Shown one piece after another: positions 48,856 to 57,667 of a DNA stretch of 64,000 nt. Each line of letters opens with the position of its first letter. The stretch's first letter is position 1. The notes under the pieces were generated by a model that saw only the letters and a list, made by a program, of their open reading frames with translations, did no database searches and was not told where the DNA came from. A program made the position numbers and the translations under genes. Source of the stretch: Candidatus Uhrbacteria bacterium (GTDB lineage Bacteria > Patescibacteriota > Patescibacteriia > UBA9934); contig JABHCP010000001.1 in the NCBI GenBank assembly GCA_018673485.1, forward strand, positions 3,512 through 67,511. The letters run 5' to 3'.

Positions 48856-48941
48856 GTGTCACCCCTGGCCACGACCAGGGGTCTATCACTCTTGCGAATT
48901 CGATAGTCGATGGATCCCGGCTCTACGGCCGGGATGACAGA
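48856..48941. repeat. composite hairpin repeat (TGTCACCCCTGGCCACGACCAGGGG + TCGATGGATCCCGGCTCnnnGGCCGGGATGACA)
   Basis: The same two units recur at 53360..53440 and 53500..53555. Confidence 0.7.
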
Positions 48942-48948
48942 ATGGGAA

Positions 48949-49917
48949 CTACTCAGGCCACTGGTAAGTTTTGAATGCCCAGTACGCTAGACCTTTTGCC
49001 TCACTGACTCGTGCGTCTTTGGACTCAGCGCCCATCACAATCACATGTACCTTATCACCTTCATACTCAACGGTTGTTGCTAGCACATATCCGGCCTGTG
49101 GTAGGTATCCCGTTTTACCGCCTGAGATTGAATAAGGGTACTCGTTCATGAAAGTAGTTAAAAGTGTGTTTGTGTTTTCTACTGTCACGCTTCGACCCGA
49201 TGCCTGCGTAATCGTTATGAATGGTTGGGTTGTGTAATATGCGATGATCTCGTTTTGCTCGGCCGTCTGCAGTAGTATTACAAGCTCACGAGCAGTCGAC
49301 ATATTTCGCGCATCGAGCCCTGTCGCGTCATAAAACTCGGTCTGGTCCATTCCAAGCTCATCAGCCTTAGTATTCATACGCGCCATGAAGTCCGCTGATG
49401 ACAATCCGGAGAATCTAATTAAAGATTGCGTAGCAGTATTGTCCGACCCCACTAAACTCGCGGCTAAAACATCGCTTAACAATAAACCATTGAAGTAGCC
49501 AAGATATAATCGTCCGCCGCCAACATAGTCAAGATCTGGATCAAGAGTGACAGTCTGGCTTAAGTCTGGATTTTGTTCCAAAAATACTAAAGCAGCCATT
49601 AACTTTGTCACGCTTCCGATTGATCGCAATGCATCTGGATGTTTTTGAAAAAGCACAGCGCCACTACTGTCGTCAATCACCACAGCGCTCCACGCGGTCG
49701 TCACAATTCCATATGAGTCCAGATCAACCTTTACTGGATAATCCCGACTATCTGCCTCAGGCAGCACTGAATAAGCAACCTCGAGCTCTGCAGCGCTCAT
49801 AATGGTCTGCTCAAAGTCCCCTTCCCCAACTTGATATTCAAAAACAGAGGCATCGGTTGGGAAAACCTGCACCAGAGATGCGGCAACTAAGATTTGTCCA
49901 ATAACTTTCAAAATCAT
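48949..49917 (-). CDS. D-alanyl-D-alanine carboxypeptidase (serine-type)
   Basis: SVTKLM (SxxK), GSDNTA (SxN), GKTGY (KTG), N-terminal signal peptide. The track ORF extends to 50097 and overlaps scpB. Confidence 0.85.
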   Translation of the reverse strand: MILKVIGQILVAASLVQVFPTDASVFEYQVGEGDFEQTIMSAAELEVAYSVLPEADSRDYPVKVDLDSYGIVTTAWSAVVIDDSSGAVLFQKHPDALRSIGSVTKLMAALVFLEQNPDLSQTVTLDPDLDYVGGGRLYLGYFNGLLLSDVLAASLVGSDNTATQSLIRFSGLSSADFMARMNTKADELGMDQTEFYDATGLDARNMSTARELVILLQTAEQNEIIAYYTTQPFITITQASGRSVTVENTNTLLTTFMNEYPYSISGGKTGYLPQAGYVLATTVEYEGDKVHVIVMGAESKDARVSEAKGLAYWAFKTYQWPE

Positions 49918-49924
49918 ATATCTC

Positions 49925-50479
49925 CTACTCTTCGATCGAACTAAGTGATTCAAGCAACTGATCGATCTTTGCATTTTCGTGCAGTTCATTAAAGTCCGGA
50001 AGCTCCTCCACGCCGTGGATGCCCAAATGTCGCAGCATCTTTGATGACAAAGTATACACAGGCTGAAGCTTGACCTTATCTTCACGCTCTTCCACAAGTC
50101 CTCGCATTAAAAGATTACGCAAAATAATACTACAATTAACTCCGCGAATATGCTCAATCTCTGCCTTTGTAATCGGAGCACGGTACGCGATAATGGTGAG
50201 CGCCTCAAGCTGCGGTCGAGTGAGCTCAGACTGCATATCATCCTTAGTGAGATCTGATAGTTCCTGGGCTAAATCTGGATTGGTTGCAAGTGTGGCTGCG
50301 TCTTGTGAAATCACCAAATGCATACCCCTCTCATCAAGATTCATCTGGGTAGCTATCTCTTTTAACGCTGATTCGATATCAGACACTTTTACCTTAAGCA
50401 TTTTCGCCAGACGTTTAAACGTCATCGGCTTTGTGCTTAGAAATAGTAGTGCTTCAATTTTTGGTTTGATGGAATTCAT
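49925..50479 (-). CDS. scpB: segregation and condensation protein B
   Basis: Tandem winged-helix; IEALLFLSTKPMTFKRLAKML. Confidence 0.9.
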   Translation of the reverse strand: MNSIKPKIEALLFLSTKPMTFKRLAKMLKVKVSDIESALKEIATQMNLDERGMHLVISQDAATLATNPDLAQELSDLTKDDMQSELTRPQLEALTIIAYRAPITKAEIEHIRGVNCSIILRNLLMRGLVEEREDKVKLQPVYTLSSKMLRHLGIHGVEELPDFNELHENAKIDQLLESLSSIEE

Positions 50480-50500
50480 ATCTATAGTTTATTGAGAACC

Positions 50501-50593
50501 GCCGGCAACCCCCTCTATCTCCCCCTTGGGAAGGGGGAGGATCTTAGTCTCGACCCCCCCCTCCTTCCCAAGGAGGGGCTGGGGGTGGTTGCC
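50501..50593. repeat. palindromic MITE-like repeat (CCCCCT/AGGGGG family), full copy
   Basis: gccggcaaccccctctatctcccccttgggaagggggagg...ccctccttcccaaggaggggctgggggtggttgccg: an outer inverted repeat enclosing two internal hairpins. Confidence 0.75.
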
Positions 50594-50594
50594 G

Positions 50595-51302
50595 TTATAT
50601 CCGCTCAATTATAATCTCGCTATCTTTTTGTTTAACTTTTACAATTTGCCTTCGCATCATCTCAAGGAGTGCTAGAAAACTTACCACGACTTCCACTTTG
50701 CTTTTTGCACCCGCAACCACATCTTTAAAACTCATCTTTGCGCGAGTACTTATCGCCCCCTTGAGCTCATCGAGTCGTTCCTCAACTGACTTCACTCTTT
50801 CCATTGATATTTCTCGTAGAGCAAAGAACGGTTCCATTCGTTTTAGCAGTGATCGAAAAGCTTGGTGCAAATTTATAAGTGTGATGTTATCTGCCGGATA
50901 AAAAGCATCTTCTGTTTCGATAATCTTCCTCGTGTAAGGTCTTAGATGAGACTTTTTTGGACTTGTAAATTGCTCCTCCAATCGATCGGCTGCTTCTTTA
51001 AACAATCGATACAAACGCAACTGATCTTCCAAGTCCTCGATTTTATCCTCCTCATCATCAATGCGTAAATATGGCAAAAGCTCGCGACTTTTTATATATA
51101 TCAAACGCGATGCAATAACCAAAAAATCAGCCATTTCCTCAGGCAACACCTGCTCACTATCAAGCCGTTGCAGATACTCGTCAGCAACTTCGGCAAGGTT
51201 CACATCCTTAATTTCCAACTCACGCTTATCGAGCAATTCCAAAAGAAGCCCCAAGGGACCAGCAAACGCCTCCTGCTTGATTTCGAACTGCATCATACTC
51301 AC
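50595..51302 (-). CDS. scpA: segregation and condensation protein A
   Basis: 235 aa, kleisin ScpA family N-terminus. Confidence 0.9.
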   Translation of the reverse strand: MSMMQFEIKQEAFAGPLGLLLELLDKRELEIKDVNLAEVADEYLQRLDSEQVLPEEMADFLVIASRLIYIKSRELLPYLRIDDEEDKIEDLEDQLRLYRLFKEAADRLEEQFTSPKKSHLRPYTRKIIETEDAFYPADNITLINLHQAFRSLLKRMEPFFALREISMERVKSVEERLDELKGAISTRAKMSFKDVVAGAKSKVEVVVSFLALLEMMRRQIVKVKQKDSEIIIERI

Positions 51303-51744
51303 ATTATAGCAAAGGGATTGAGGGTATTAAAGGGATTGAGGGGACTATTTGCACAAAGACTGCGAACATGATGAAATAGACTCGCTTGCCCCTTTTTCTC
51401 TGCACACGGAGTTCAGCATGATCATGCACCAAAAAACGATCGTTGAGATCGCAGCTACGGTTGCCGTATGGCTCGGTGCACTAGCAGCTGCACCCACTTG
51501 CATCGCATGCGAAATCTCTGGATACGCCGCGCCAATCTTGGAACTGCTCATACTAGCGATTATTTCGTTTTTGATCGCTGTGCGCATCTGTACGTTCAAG
51601 ATCGAAATCTACCTCGAAGCCGTCAATCTCGAAACGCGCTACTTGTTCGACCTCGCGCGAAGCGGCGCACCCCTACCCCAGGATTCAGTCCTGGGGTGAT
51701 TTGCATCTAAAACAAAAGAACCGATCGTGTGACCGGCTCTTTCC

Positions 51745-51852
51745 TGAACTCTGTAATCAGTAGATCCTTCGACTCCCTTCGACCCGTAAGACGGGTCTTC
51801 GGTCACTCAGGATGACGGTTTCTGGAATGCAACTATTCGCTACCGTCACTTT
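51745..51852 (-). repeat. conserved structured 3'UTR element abutting the aspS stop codon
   Basis: On the RNA sense strand: UGACGGUAGCG..ACCGUCAUCCUGAGUGACCGAAGACCCGUCUUACGGGUCGAAG..GAAGGAUCU. Homologous to the element after hisS, with compensatory base changes. Confidence 0.6.
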
Positions 51853-53267
51853 TTAATCTCAATATTCGCCTCGCTCAGTGCTTTCTCGGAAAGTGCGGAT
51901 GGGGCGTCCATCATGAGGTCTCGGGCGCTTCCGTCTTTTGGAAATGCTATAACTTCTCGGATGTTTGGCTCGTTTTGCAAAATCGCCATGATCCTATCCA
52001 TTCCAAGTGCTAATCCACCATGCGGTGGTGCTCCGTATTCAAATGCTTGCAGCATGGTGCCAAATTGAGCTTCGATCTGCTCCCCCTCAAATCCCATAAT
52101 CTCCAGCGCCGCTTTCAATAACTCCGGCTTGTGATTACGGATACTCCCTCCACCGACTTCAAATCCATTCAATATAATATCGAACTGAGGAGCGATGATA
52201 TTCTCGACGTTCTTCTTTTCAAGTAAATCACTTTCAAACTCTGGCTTTGCCGCAGAGAATGGATTGTGAGTAAATGTCCAACTCTGCCCTGAGCCTGTCG
52301 AAGGGCCGCCATTATCGTCTTTTTCAAAGAATGGGAAATCGACCACCCAACAAAACGCGAGCAAATTCGGATCATCTTTATCCTCACGAAGATCGGGCCT
52401 ATCATTGCCATACTTCTCCATAGCTTCTGCATAACTCATTCGCGGAAATGGCTTTTGCTGAATTTTCTTTTCAGGATAATTATTCTCAACTACCTTTATC
52501 ATCATCTCCTCGATCAATCCTATTACATCCTCCTCTTGCACAAAGCTCATCTCAAGATCCATCTGTGTAAATTCTGGCTGTCTGTCACCACGTTGATCTT
52601 CATCACGGAAACACTTTGCCATCTGGAAATACCGCTCAACACCAGACGTCATCAAAAGCTGCTTAAACTGCTGCGGCGCCTGTGGTAACACATAAAAATT
52701 CTCAGGATGAAGACGTGACGGAACAATGAATTCTCTTGAACCCTCTGGAGTTCCCTTTGTAAGCTGTGGCGTTTCAATTTCGATAAAATCTTTATCACTC
52801 AAAAATTGTCGCATTGCCTGAAATACTTTGTTTCGATTTCGAATGTTTGTAGCCATTCGTTCAGATCGCAAATCAAGGTATCGATATTTAAGTCGAACGT
52901 CCTCACCTACTGCCGATGTGTCTTTATCTAATTCAAACGGTGGAGTCTTTGCTTCGTTTAGAACTGTAATCTTTTTTGCCAAAAGCTCAACTGTTCCGGT
53001 TGGGATCTTGTTGTTAATCTGACGTTCACCTCGCTTTTGAACTACGCCTTCAATCTCTACAACCCACTCAGGTCGAAGAGTCTCGGCAATCTTTGTTCCT
53101 TCTTCTCCCAAATCAGCTGGAACTCCCACAATTTGCAAAAGACCGTCCTTATCACGAAGATCAAAAAACATGATCTTACCCATGTCGCGTCGCGCATGAA
53201 TCCATCCGGCTACTTTTACAGTCTCCTCTGCCTTGCCGACAGTTTCTGAAGTAAATATTCGTTTCAT
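51846..53267 (-). CDS. aspS: aspartate--tRNA ligase (compact, lacks the GAD insertion)
   Basis: OB-fold N-terminus, motif 2 CFRDEDQRGDRQPEFTQMDLEMSF, motif 3 GGLALGMDRIMAIL; 473 aa. Carries a repeat-derived in-frame insertion GGPSTGSGQSW. Confidence 0.9.
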   Translation of the reverse strand: MKRIFTSETVGKAEETVKVAGWIHARRDMGKIMFFDLRDKDGLLQIVGVPADLGEEGTKIAETLRPEWVVEIEGVVQKRGERQINNKIPTGTVELLAKKITVLNEAKTPPFELDKDTSAVGEDVRLKYRYLDLRSERMATNIRNRNKVFQAMRQFLSDKDFIEIETPQLTKGTPEGSREFIVPSRLHPENFYVLPQAPQQFKQLLMTSGVERYFQMAKCFRDEDQRGDRQPEFTQMDLEMSFVQEEDVIGLIEEMMIKVVENNYPEKKIQQKPFPRMSYAEAMEKYGNDRPDLREDKDDPNLLAFCWVVDFPFFEKDDNGGPSTGSGQSWTFTHNPFSAAKPEFESDLLEKKNVENIIAPQFDIILNGFEVGGGSIRNHKPELLKAALEIMGFEGEQIEAQFGTMLQAFEYGAPPHGGLALGMDRIMAILQNEPNIREVIAFPKDGSARDLMMDAPSALSEKALSEANIEIKK

Positions 53268-53269
53268 AT

Positions 53270-53560
53270 GAATGTTTAAAGTGTTTAAGTGTCTAAAATG
53301 TTTAAATGTTTATGGGGTTTAGTTTACCTGTTTGCAGTAATTTGCTCAAGATCGTCACCATTTGTCACCCCTGGCTACGACCAGGGGCCCATCAATAAAT
53401 CGAACTCGATAATCGATGGATCCCGGCTCGAAGGCCGGGATGACACAGGCACAATTTATGTGTCATTCCTGCGAAAGCAGGAACCCATCATTACCGTGAG
53501 CTCGATCGAATTTCGATAATCGATGGATCCCGGCTCGGGGGCCGGGATGACAGATTATAC
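53270..53560. repeat. repeat-dense intergenic block (GTTTAAA repeats, TGTCACCCCTGG hairpin unit, two GGATCCCGGCTC..GGCCGGGATGACA units, one GTCATTCCTGCGAAAGCAGGAAC unit)
   Basis: Units match 48856..48941 and 34918..34958. Track ORF 53289..53519 is a repeat translation containing the SFLRKQEP motif. Confidence 0.7.
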
Positions 53561-54331
53561 AGCTAGCCCTCGCCAGAAAGGTGTGGAAGTATCCATTGGT
53601 AAATGGTATTGCATCAGATCATGGACGATGCGTGAGAAATCTTCCACATGAGCGCGCTCGAAGTTTGTGCTCACGATGTCTTCATAGGCTGCCTCGCGTG
53701 CAAAGCGCAGAACCTTCACTGCTTCTTCCTCAATTGTGCGCGCGGCAAACCACTCTTGCCCGTCCTTATGAACGCAGTCACTACACACAAGCCCTCCCTT
53801 GCCACCATGCCACCTAAAAGCAAGCGGCATAATCCTTTCCTTGCAAGCAATACAATCGGCAAGTGCCACCTCGTACCCTAGCTGCTGCATGAGTCGCAAC
53901 ATGAATGATCCGAGTAATAAAACCTGCTGTTTCTTTTCAATGCTCTCCTGATTGTCTACAAAGTTCATCCAATCAAGTACAAGATGATAAAGAATCTCAT
54001 CGTGATCGTATTCTTTTAGATGTTTATCAATGAGTGACAATGATGCCTGAGTGAGAATGCGACGATCAAGGTCCTGCATTAAAGATCTAAACGCATGCTG
54101 ACGCTCGACTGAAATTACAGTCACCGATCTTCTACCGCGAATGATCTCTAAGTCGACAATTGCATAAGGCTCAAGGTGTGCAGCTAATTTTGCCTTACCC
54201 TTACGCGCTCCGCGACCCGTAAACACGACCTTGCCAAAATCACGAGTTAGCGCAGAATAACGACGATCCGCTTCCCTAAACGGAGCGGATGTCATTATTA
54301 TTGCCTCAGTTTTTATAGCAGACCATGCCAT
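53555..54331 (-). CDS. recO: DNA repair protein RecO
   Basis: OB-fold N-terminus plus a CxxC...CxxC zinc finger (CIACKE...CSDC); start taken at MAWSAIK. Confidence 0.85.
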   Translation of the reverse strand: MAWSAIKTEAIIMTSAPFREADRRYSALTRDFGKVVFTGRGARKGKAKLAAHLEPYAIVDLEIIRGRRSVTVISVERQHAFRSLMQDLDRRILTQASLSLIDKHLKEYDHDEILYHLVLDWMNFVDNQESIEKKQQVLLLGSFMLRLMQQLGYEVALADCIACKERIMPLAFRWHGGKGGLVCSDCVHKDGQEWFAARTIEEEAVKVLRFAREAAYEDIVSTNFERAHVEDFSRIVHDLMQYHLPMDTSTPFWRGLAV

Positions 54332-54350
54332 ACTTATTTTCCACTTCGAC

Positions 54351-54495
54351 GTACCGTCGTGAGACCCCGAGCACATCGAGGGGGAGAAGTCTTCTTGAGA
54401 CTAGATGGAACTTAGAAGATCTCTCCCGTTGGTCGAGATGGGGACTAAATACTCACCACTTCGACACATCGGAGAAGTCTTCTCGAGATGGTACG
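54351..54495. repeat. ~145 bp inverted-repeat element with internal duplication
   Basis: CGTACCGTCGTGAGA...TCTCGAGATGGTACG termini; internal duplicated GAGAAGTCTTCTYGAGA units. Confidence 0.55.
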
Positions 54496-54500
54496 ATTAG

Positions 54501-54890
54501 TTACATTAAATCCAAAAATGATTGCAAGATTAACATTGCGGCCAAAGAGTCCTCCGGGGCCCTAGACCCTTCTTCTTTTTGCAATCTCTTACTTTCAGCT
54601 GTAGTAAAACTCTCATCGACCTCGTGAACCTCGATGCCGAGCTTTGATCGCAGCTCTGCTGAAAACTCCTGCGTAATCCTTAACTGTTCACCGTCGTGGA
54701 ACTTCCCCACCTCAAGTGGAGCCCCAATCACGATCTGATCAACCCCCTCTTTCTTTACAAGCTCAGCCAACTCGTCAAAAATCATTTCCGTATTCACGAC
54801 TGTTTCAATCGGGCTTGAGATTTTTGTTTCCGAATCACCAAGCGCTAATCCTATCTTCTTAAGTCCAAAATCAATTCCTAAATATCGCAT
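54501..54890 (-). CDS. ruvX: Holliday junction resolvase-like RuvX/YqgF
   Basis: MRYLGIDFGLKKIGLALGD RNase H-like fold. Confidence 0.85.
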   Translation of the reverse strand: MRYLGIDFGLKKIGLALGDSETKISSPIETVVNTEMIFDELAELVKKEGVDQIVIGAPLEVGKFHDGEQLRITQEFSAELRSKLGIEVHEVDESFTTAESKRLQKEEGSRAPEDSLAAMLILQSFLDLM

Positions 54891-54891
54891 A

Positions 54892-55338
54892 CTACTGGTT
54901 ATCATTTTCAATCGAACGCGCGTCGAAACTTGGTCGCACTACCTCACCCTCAACCATTGCCGCATGATCATCGCGAAGACTGAACCGATCATCACCATCG
55001 TCAACGTGCAAAATTGTAATATACGTTAAACCTGGAATCATAATTTTATCAAGTGCAATTGTTATTTGATGCTCCCCTTCAATAAAATAATCAGATACTC
55101 CAATAGTCTCGCCTGGTGCCTCACCCATGGACCCATAGATCGCAACAAACCCCGGTTCTGAACTTTCAACCTCAAGATACACTTGATCCAATTCATATTG
55201 ATCATCGACCGTGATCGACCCACTCTCGATCTCCACTGGGCCAAAATTTGGAACATATTCTTCAGAAGTAATAAAATATGTGCCAATGATAGCCAAAATA
55301 ATTATAATCAAAATTAAACTCCAATATTCTTTTTTCAT
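54892..55338 (-). CDS. hypothetical secreted/membrane-anchored protein
   Basis: N-terminal transmembrane helix MKKEYWSLILIIIILAIIGTYFI and an acidic ectodomain. Confidence 0.5.
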   Translation of the reverse strand: MKKEYWSLILIIIILAIIGTYFITSEEYVPNFGPVEIESGSITVDDQYELDQVYLEVESSEPGFVAIYGSMGEAPGETIGVSDYFIEGEHQITIALDKIMIPGLTYITILHVDDGDDRFSLRDDHAAMVEGEVVRPSFDARSIENDNQ

Positions 55339-55360
55339 ATAAATAACTTTATCATCTCAT

Positions 55361-55494
55361 AACCCCCTCCAGCCGTCGCTCTTTCAGAGCTATGGCCGGC
55401 ACAGCCATCTCCCCCTTAAAAATGGGGAGGGTCCAAGTCTAGACCTCGACTCCCCTCCTTTTTAAGGAGGGGCTAGGGGTGGTTATGTGAAAGA
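55361..55494. repeat. palindromic MITE-like repeat (CCCCCT/AGGGGG family), longest copy
   Basis: aaccccctccagcc...tcccccttaaaaatggggagg...ccctcctttttaaggaggggctaggggtggtt. Confidence 0.75.
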
Positions 55495-55505
55495 AATTAA
55501 CTTCC

Positions 55506-56282
55506 TTAAATATTAATCTTAGGCTGAGGAGTGATAATCTCCGGACCATCCTCGGTTACCACTACTGTAACCTCAAAATGCGCCGCATCAGACTCGTCCT
55601 GCGTACGGATTGACCAACCGTCGTCATCTGTTTTAATTTTATAATCACCAGCAGTTAGCATCGGCTCAAGCGCCAAACACATTCCCTGCTTAATTTTTAC
55701 AATGGGAAAATCACCACTGGTAAAATTTGGAATAGACGGCTTCTCATGCACCGCGTGTCCAACACCATGCCCGGTCAATGATTGTACGATACCGTAGTCT
55801 GTCCCCTCTACAACCTCCTCAACTGCCTTAGCGATATCTTGAATGACATCACCTTCTTTGCAAGCCTCCACTGCACGCTCAAGCGCAAGTCGAGTTGTTC
55901 GAAGTAAAGCTTTACGCTCATCGCTAATTGATCCCACCGGAACAGTCACCGCCATGTCAGTACAAAGTCCTTTGTACCAACAACCGATATCGAGCCCAAC
56001 AATGTCCCCTTCTTTAAGTTCAATGTCACGATCTCCGCAACCATGCACGATCTCATCGTTTGCAGAAATACACAGCGTAGACGGAAATGGAATATCGTCA
56101 CCATAACCTTTAAACGACGGCTTTGCACCCTCATCAAGCAACGCCTGCTCTGCAATTTGATCGATCTCTGACATCAAAACACCAGGCTTGATTGCATCAA
56201 CCGCCTTTTGCAATGCGCTTGCTAGAATCTTCCCACCCTCGCGCATGATCTGAATTTCTTCTTGTGTTTTTATGAGTGACAT
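55506..56282 (-). CDS. map: methionine aminopeptidase type I
   Basis: 258 aa pita-bread fold with metal ligands (D, D, H, E, E). Confidence 0.9.
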   Translation of the reverse strand: MSLIKTQEEIQIMREGGKILASALQKAVDAIKPGVLMSEIDQIAEQALLDEGAKPSFKGYGDDIPFPSTLCISANDEIVHGCGDRDIELKEGDIVGLDIGCWYKGLCTDMAVTVPVGSISDERKALLRTTRLALERAVEACKEGDVIQDIAKAVEEVVEGTDYGIVQSLTGHGVGHAVHEKPSIPNFTSGDFPIVKIKQGMCLALEPMLTAGDYKIKTDDDGWSIRTQDESDAAHFEVTVVVTEDGPEIITPQPKINI

Positions 56283-56327
56283 ATCTTTATTAATATCTTA
56301 AACCACTATACAACTACCCACTCAGAG

Positions 56328-56348
56328 CCCTGAGCCTGTCGAAGGGCG
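56328..56348. repeat. GCCCTGAGCCTGTCGAAGGGC repeat unit
   Basis: 21 nt identical to 52286..52306 inside aspS, and reverse-complement related to 506..522. Confidence 0.7.
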
Positions 56349-56432
56349 AAGAGTCCCGTTGTTTACGTCTACGTTCGATCGTTGACGCACGGGATCCTTC
56401 GTCGCCTTTAGGCTCCTCTGGATGGGGGTAGA

Positions 56433-56987
56433 CTACAAACTAAGTGCTTGAACAATCCGCTGTGTTACTTCCTCGATACTTCCAACTCCATCAACCTCAA
56501 GCGCAATTCCAAGAGCTTTATACTTCTCGATAATCGGCTCTGTGTCATTATGGTAAATATCCAAACGCTTCATAATGGTCTCCTTGTTGTCGTCCATTCT
56601 GCACTCAATCTCCGCACGCTTTAGTAAACGACCCAAAGTCTCTTCTTTTGGAATAGTAACCACAACTACCTTAGTTGGAACATCAAAGTTTCTAAACGTA
56701 TTGTACTGCGCAATATTGCGCGGATATCCATCCAAAATATATCCATTCTCCGCATCCTCTTTCTGCAATCGCAATTTTAAAACATCGAGCGCCGTGTCGT
56801 CCGAAACCAACTCACCAAGATTAATAATGTCATCAATCTTATTTCCCAAAATACTCCCCGACTTAACCTCATCTCGAAGCAACTCACCCATCGACAAAGC
56901 CGGAATACCAAGCCTCTCCGACAAAATCTTCGCCTGAGTTCCCTTCCCACTCCCCTGCGGACCCAACACCAATATTTTATGTTTCAT
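56433..56987 (-). CDS. adk: adenylate kinase
   Basis: ILVLGPQGSGKGTQAK P-loop, short-lid form, 184 aa. Confidence 0.95.
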   Translation of the reverse strand: MKHKILVLGPQGSGKGTQAKILSERLGIPALSMGELLRDEVKSGSILGNKIDDIINLGELVSDDTALDVLKLRLQKEDAENGYILDGYPRNIAQYNTFRNFDVPTKVVVVTIPKEETLGRLLKRAEIECRMDDNKETIMKRLDIYHNDTEPIIEKYKALGIALEVDGVGSIEEVTQRIVQALSL

Positions 56988-57060
56988 AGTAATCGTTGAA
57001 ATTGTTTAATCGCTCGGCTTCACCTCGCTTGTCTAAAATGTTTATTATTATCTTCACTCA

Positions 57061-57340
57061 CCTGAGTCCCCCGGCAATGTTTAAGTAGTTACCCCCCGTC
57101 CATTCATTGTCAGACAACCCCGTCTGAGAGGGAGCCTGCCGACCGAACTGGCAATCAGTCCATTCATAGTTACCCAAAAACATTGACTGCAGGCCGAGGC
57201 ATTCTTTGCGGCCGTGGGACTACTCTGAAAAGGCTTTTTTCCGGCGGAGCCGGACCTGGCTCCGCCATGGCTTTGCATACTTTCTTTGAGCCAACAAAGA
57301 AAGTATGTCTGGGGGTTACAGGGGGATGAAATACCCCCTG
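57061..57340. repeat. structured ~280 nt repeat element, copy 2
   Basis: Reverse complement of 4750..5030. Conserved core of ~140 nt, conserved hairpin TACTTTCTTTG..CAAAGAAAGTA, compensatory stem CAGGGGG/CCCCCTG versus GGGGG/CCCCC. Confidence 0.6.
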
Positions 57341-57345
57341 CTTAG

Positions 57346-57573
57346 CTAAACCTCAAATGTCTTCTTCAAAGCCCTCTCGTTATCATTGCTAGAGATCAAA
57401 TGCGCCCTCTCAAGGTGCTTAAACAGCTCCCTAACGCGCTCTTCGTCCAAAGACCCATATTTCCTCATATAGATCTGCAAAGCCACCTCCACAAGGCTCC
57501 TTTCCCTAGAATCCAACCCCATACTACGAGAAAGCTTATGGATCCCATCATCGCTCAATTTAACTTCAGTCAT
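57346..57573 (-). CDS. hypothetical small helical protein
   Basis: 75 aa with no family match; occupies the position where infA would normally sit but is not IF-1. Confidence 0.35.
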   Translation of the reverse strand: MTEVKLSDDGIHKLSRSMGLDSRERSLVEVALQIYMRKYGSLDEERVRELFKHLERAHLISSNDNERALKKTFEV

Positions 57574-57667
57574 ATATTTATTATTGATCTTACCACCCCA
57601 TTTTAGCGTGTTTGGAGGGTGAGTTCAACCATATCTAACTATTCTATAAAGAAAGAAGTAATTTTAG

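Noticed and set aside
53289-53519. 76 aa ORF with the VTPGYDQGPI...SFLRKQEP peptide
   Set aside because: It is made entirely of concatenated hairpin repeat units also present at 34918 and 48856. It is a spurious repeat translation.
57346-57573. 75 aa ORF considered as translation initiation factor IF-1 (infA), which normally follows map in the spc operon
   Set aside because: It lacks the S1-like OB-fold signature of IF-1 (no xxGxV..L.NG...A.ISGKMR motif). It is kept only as a hypothetical small protein of the inserted island.
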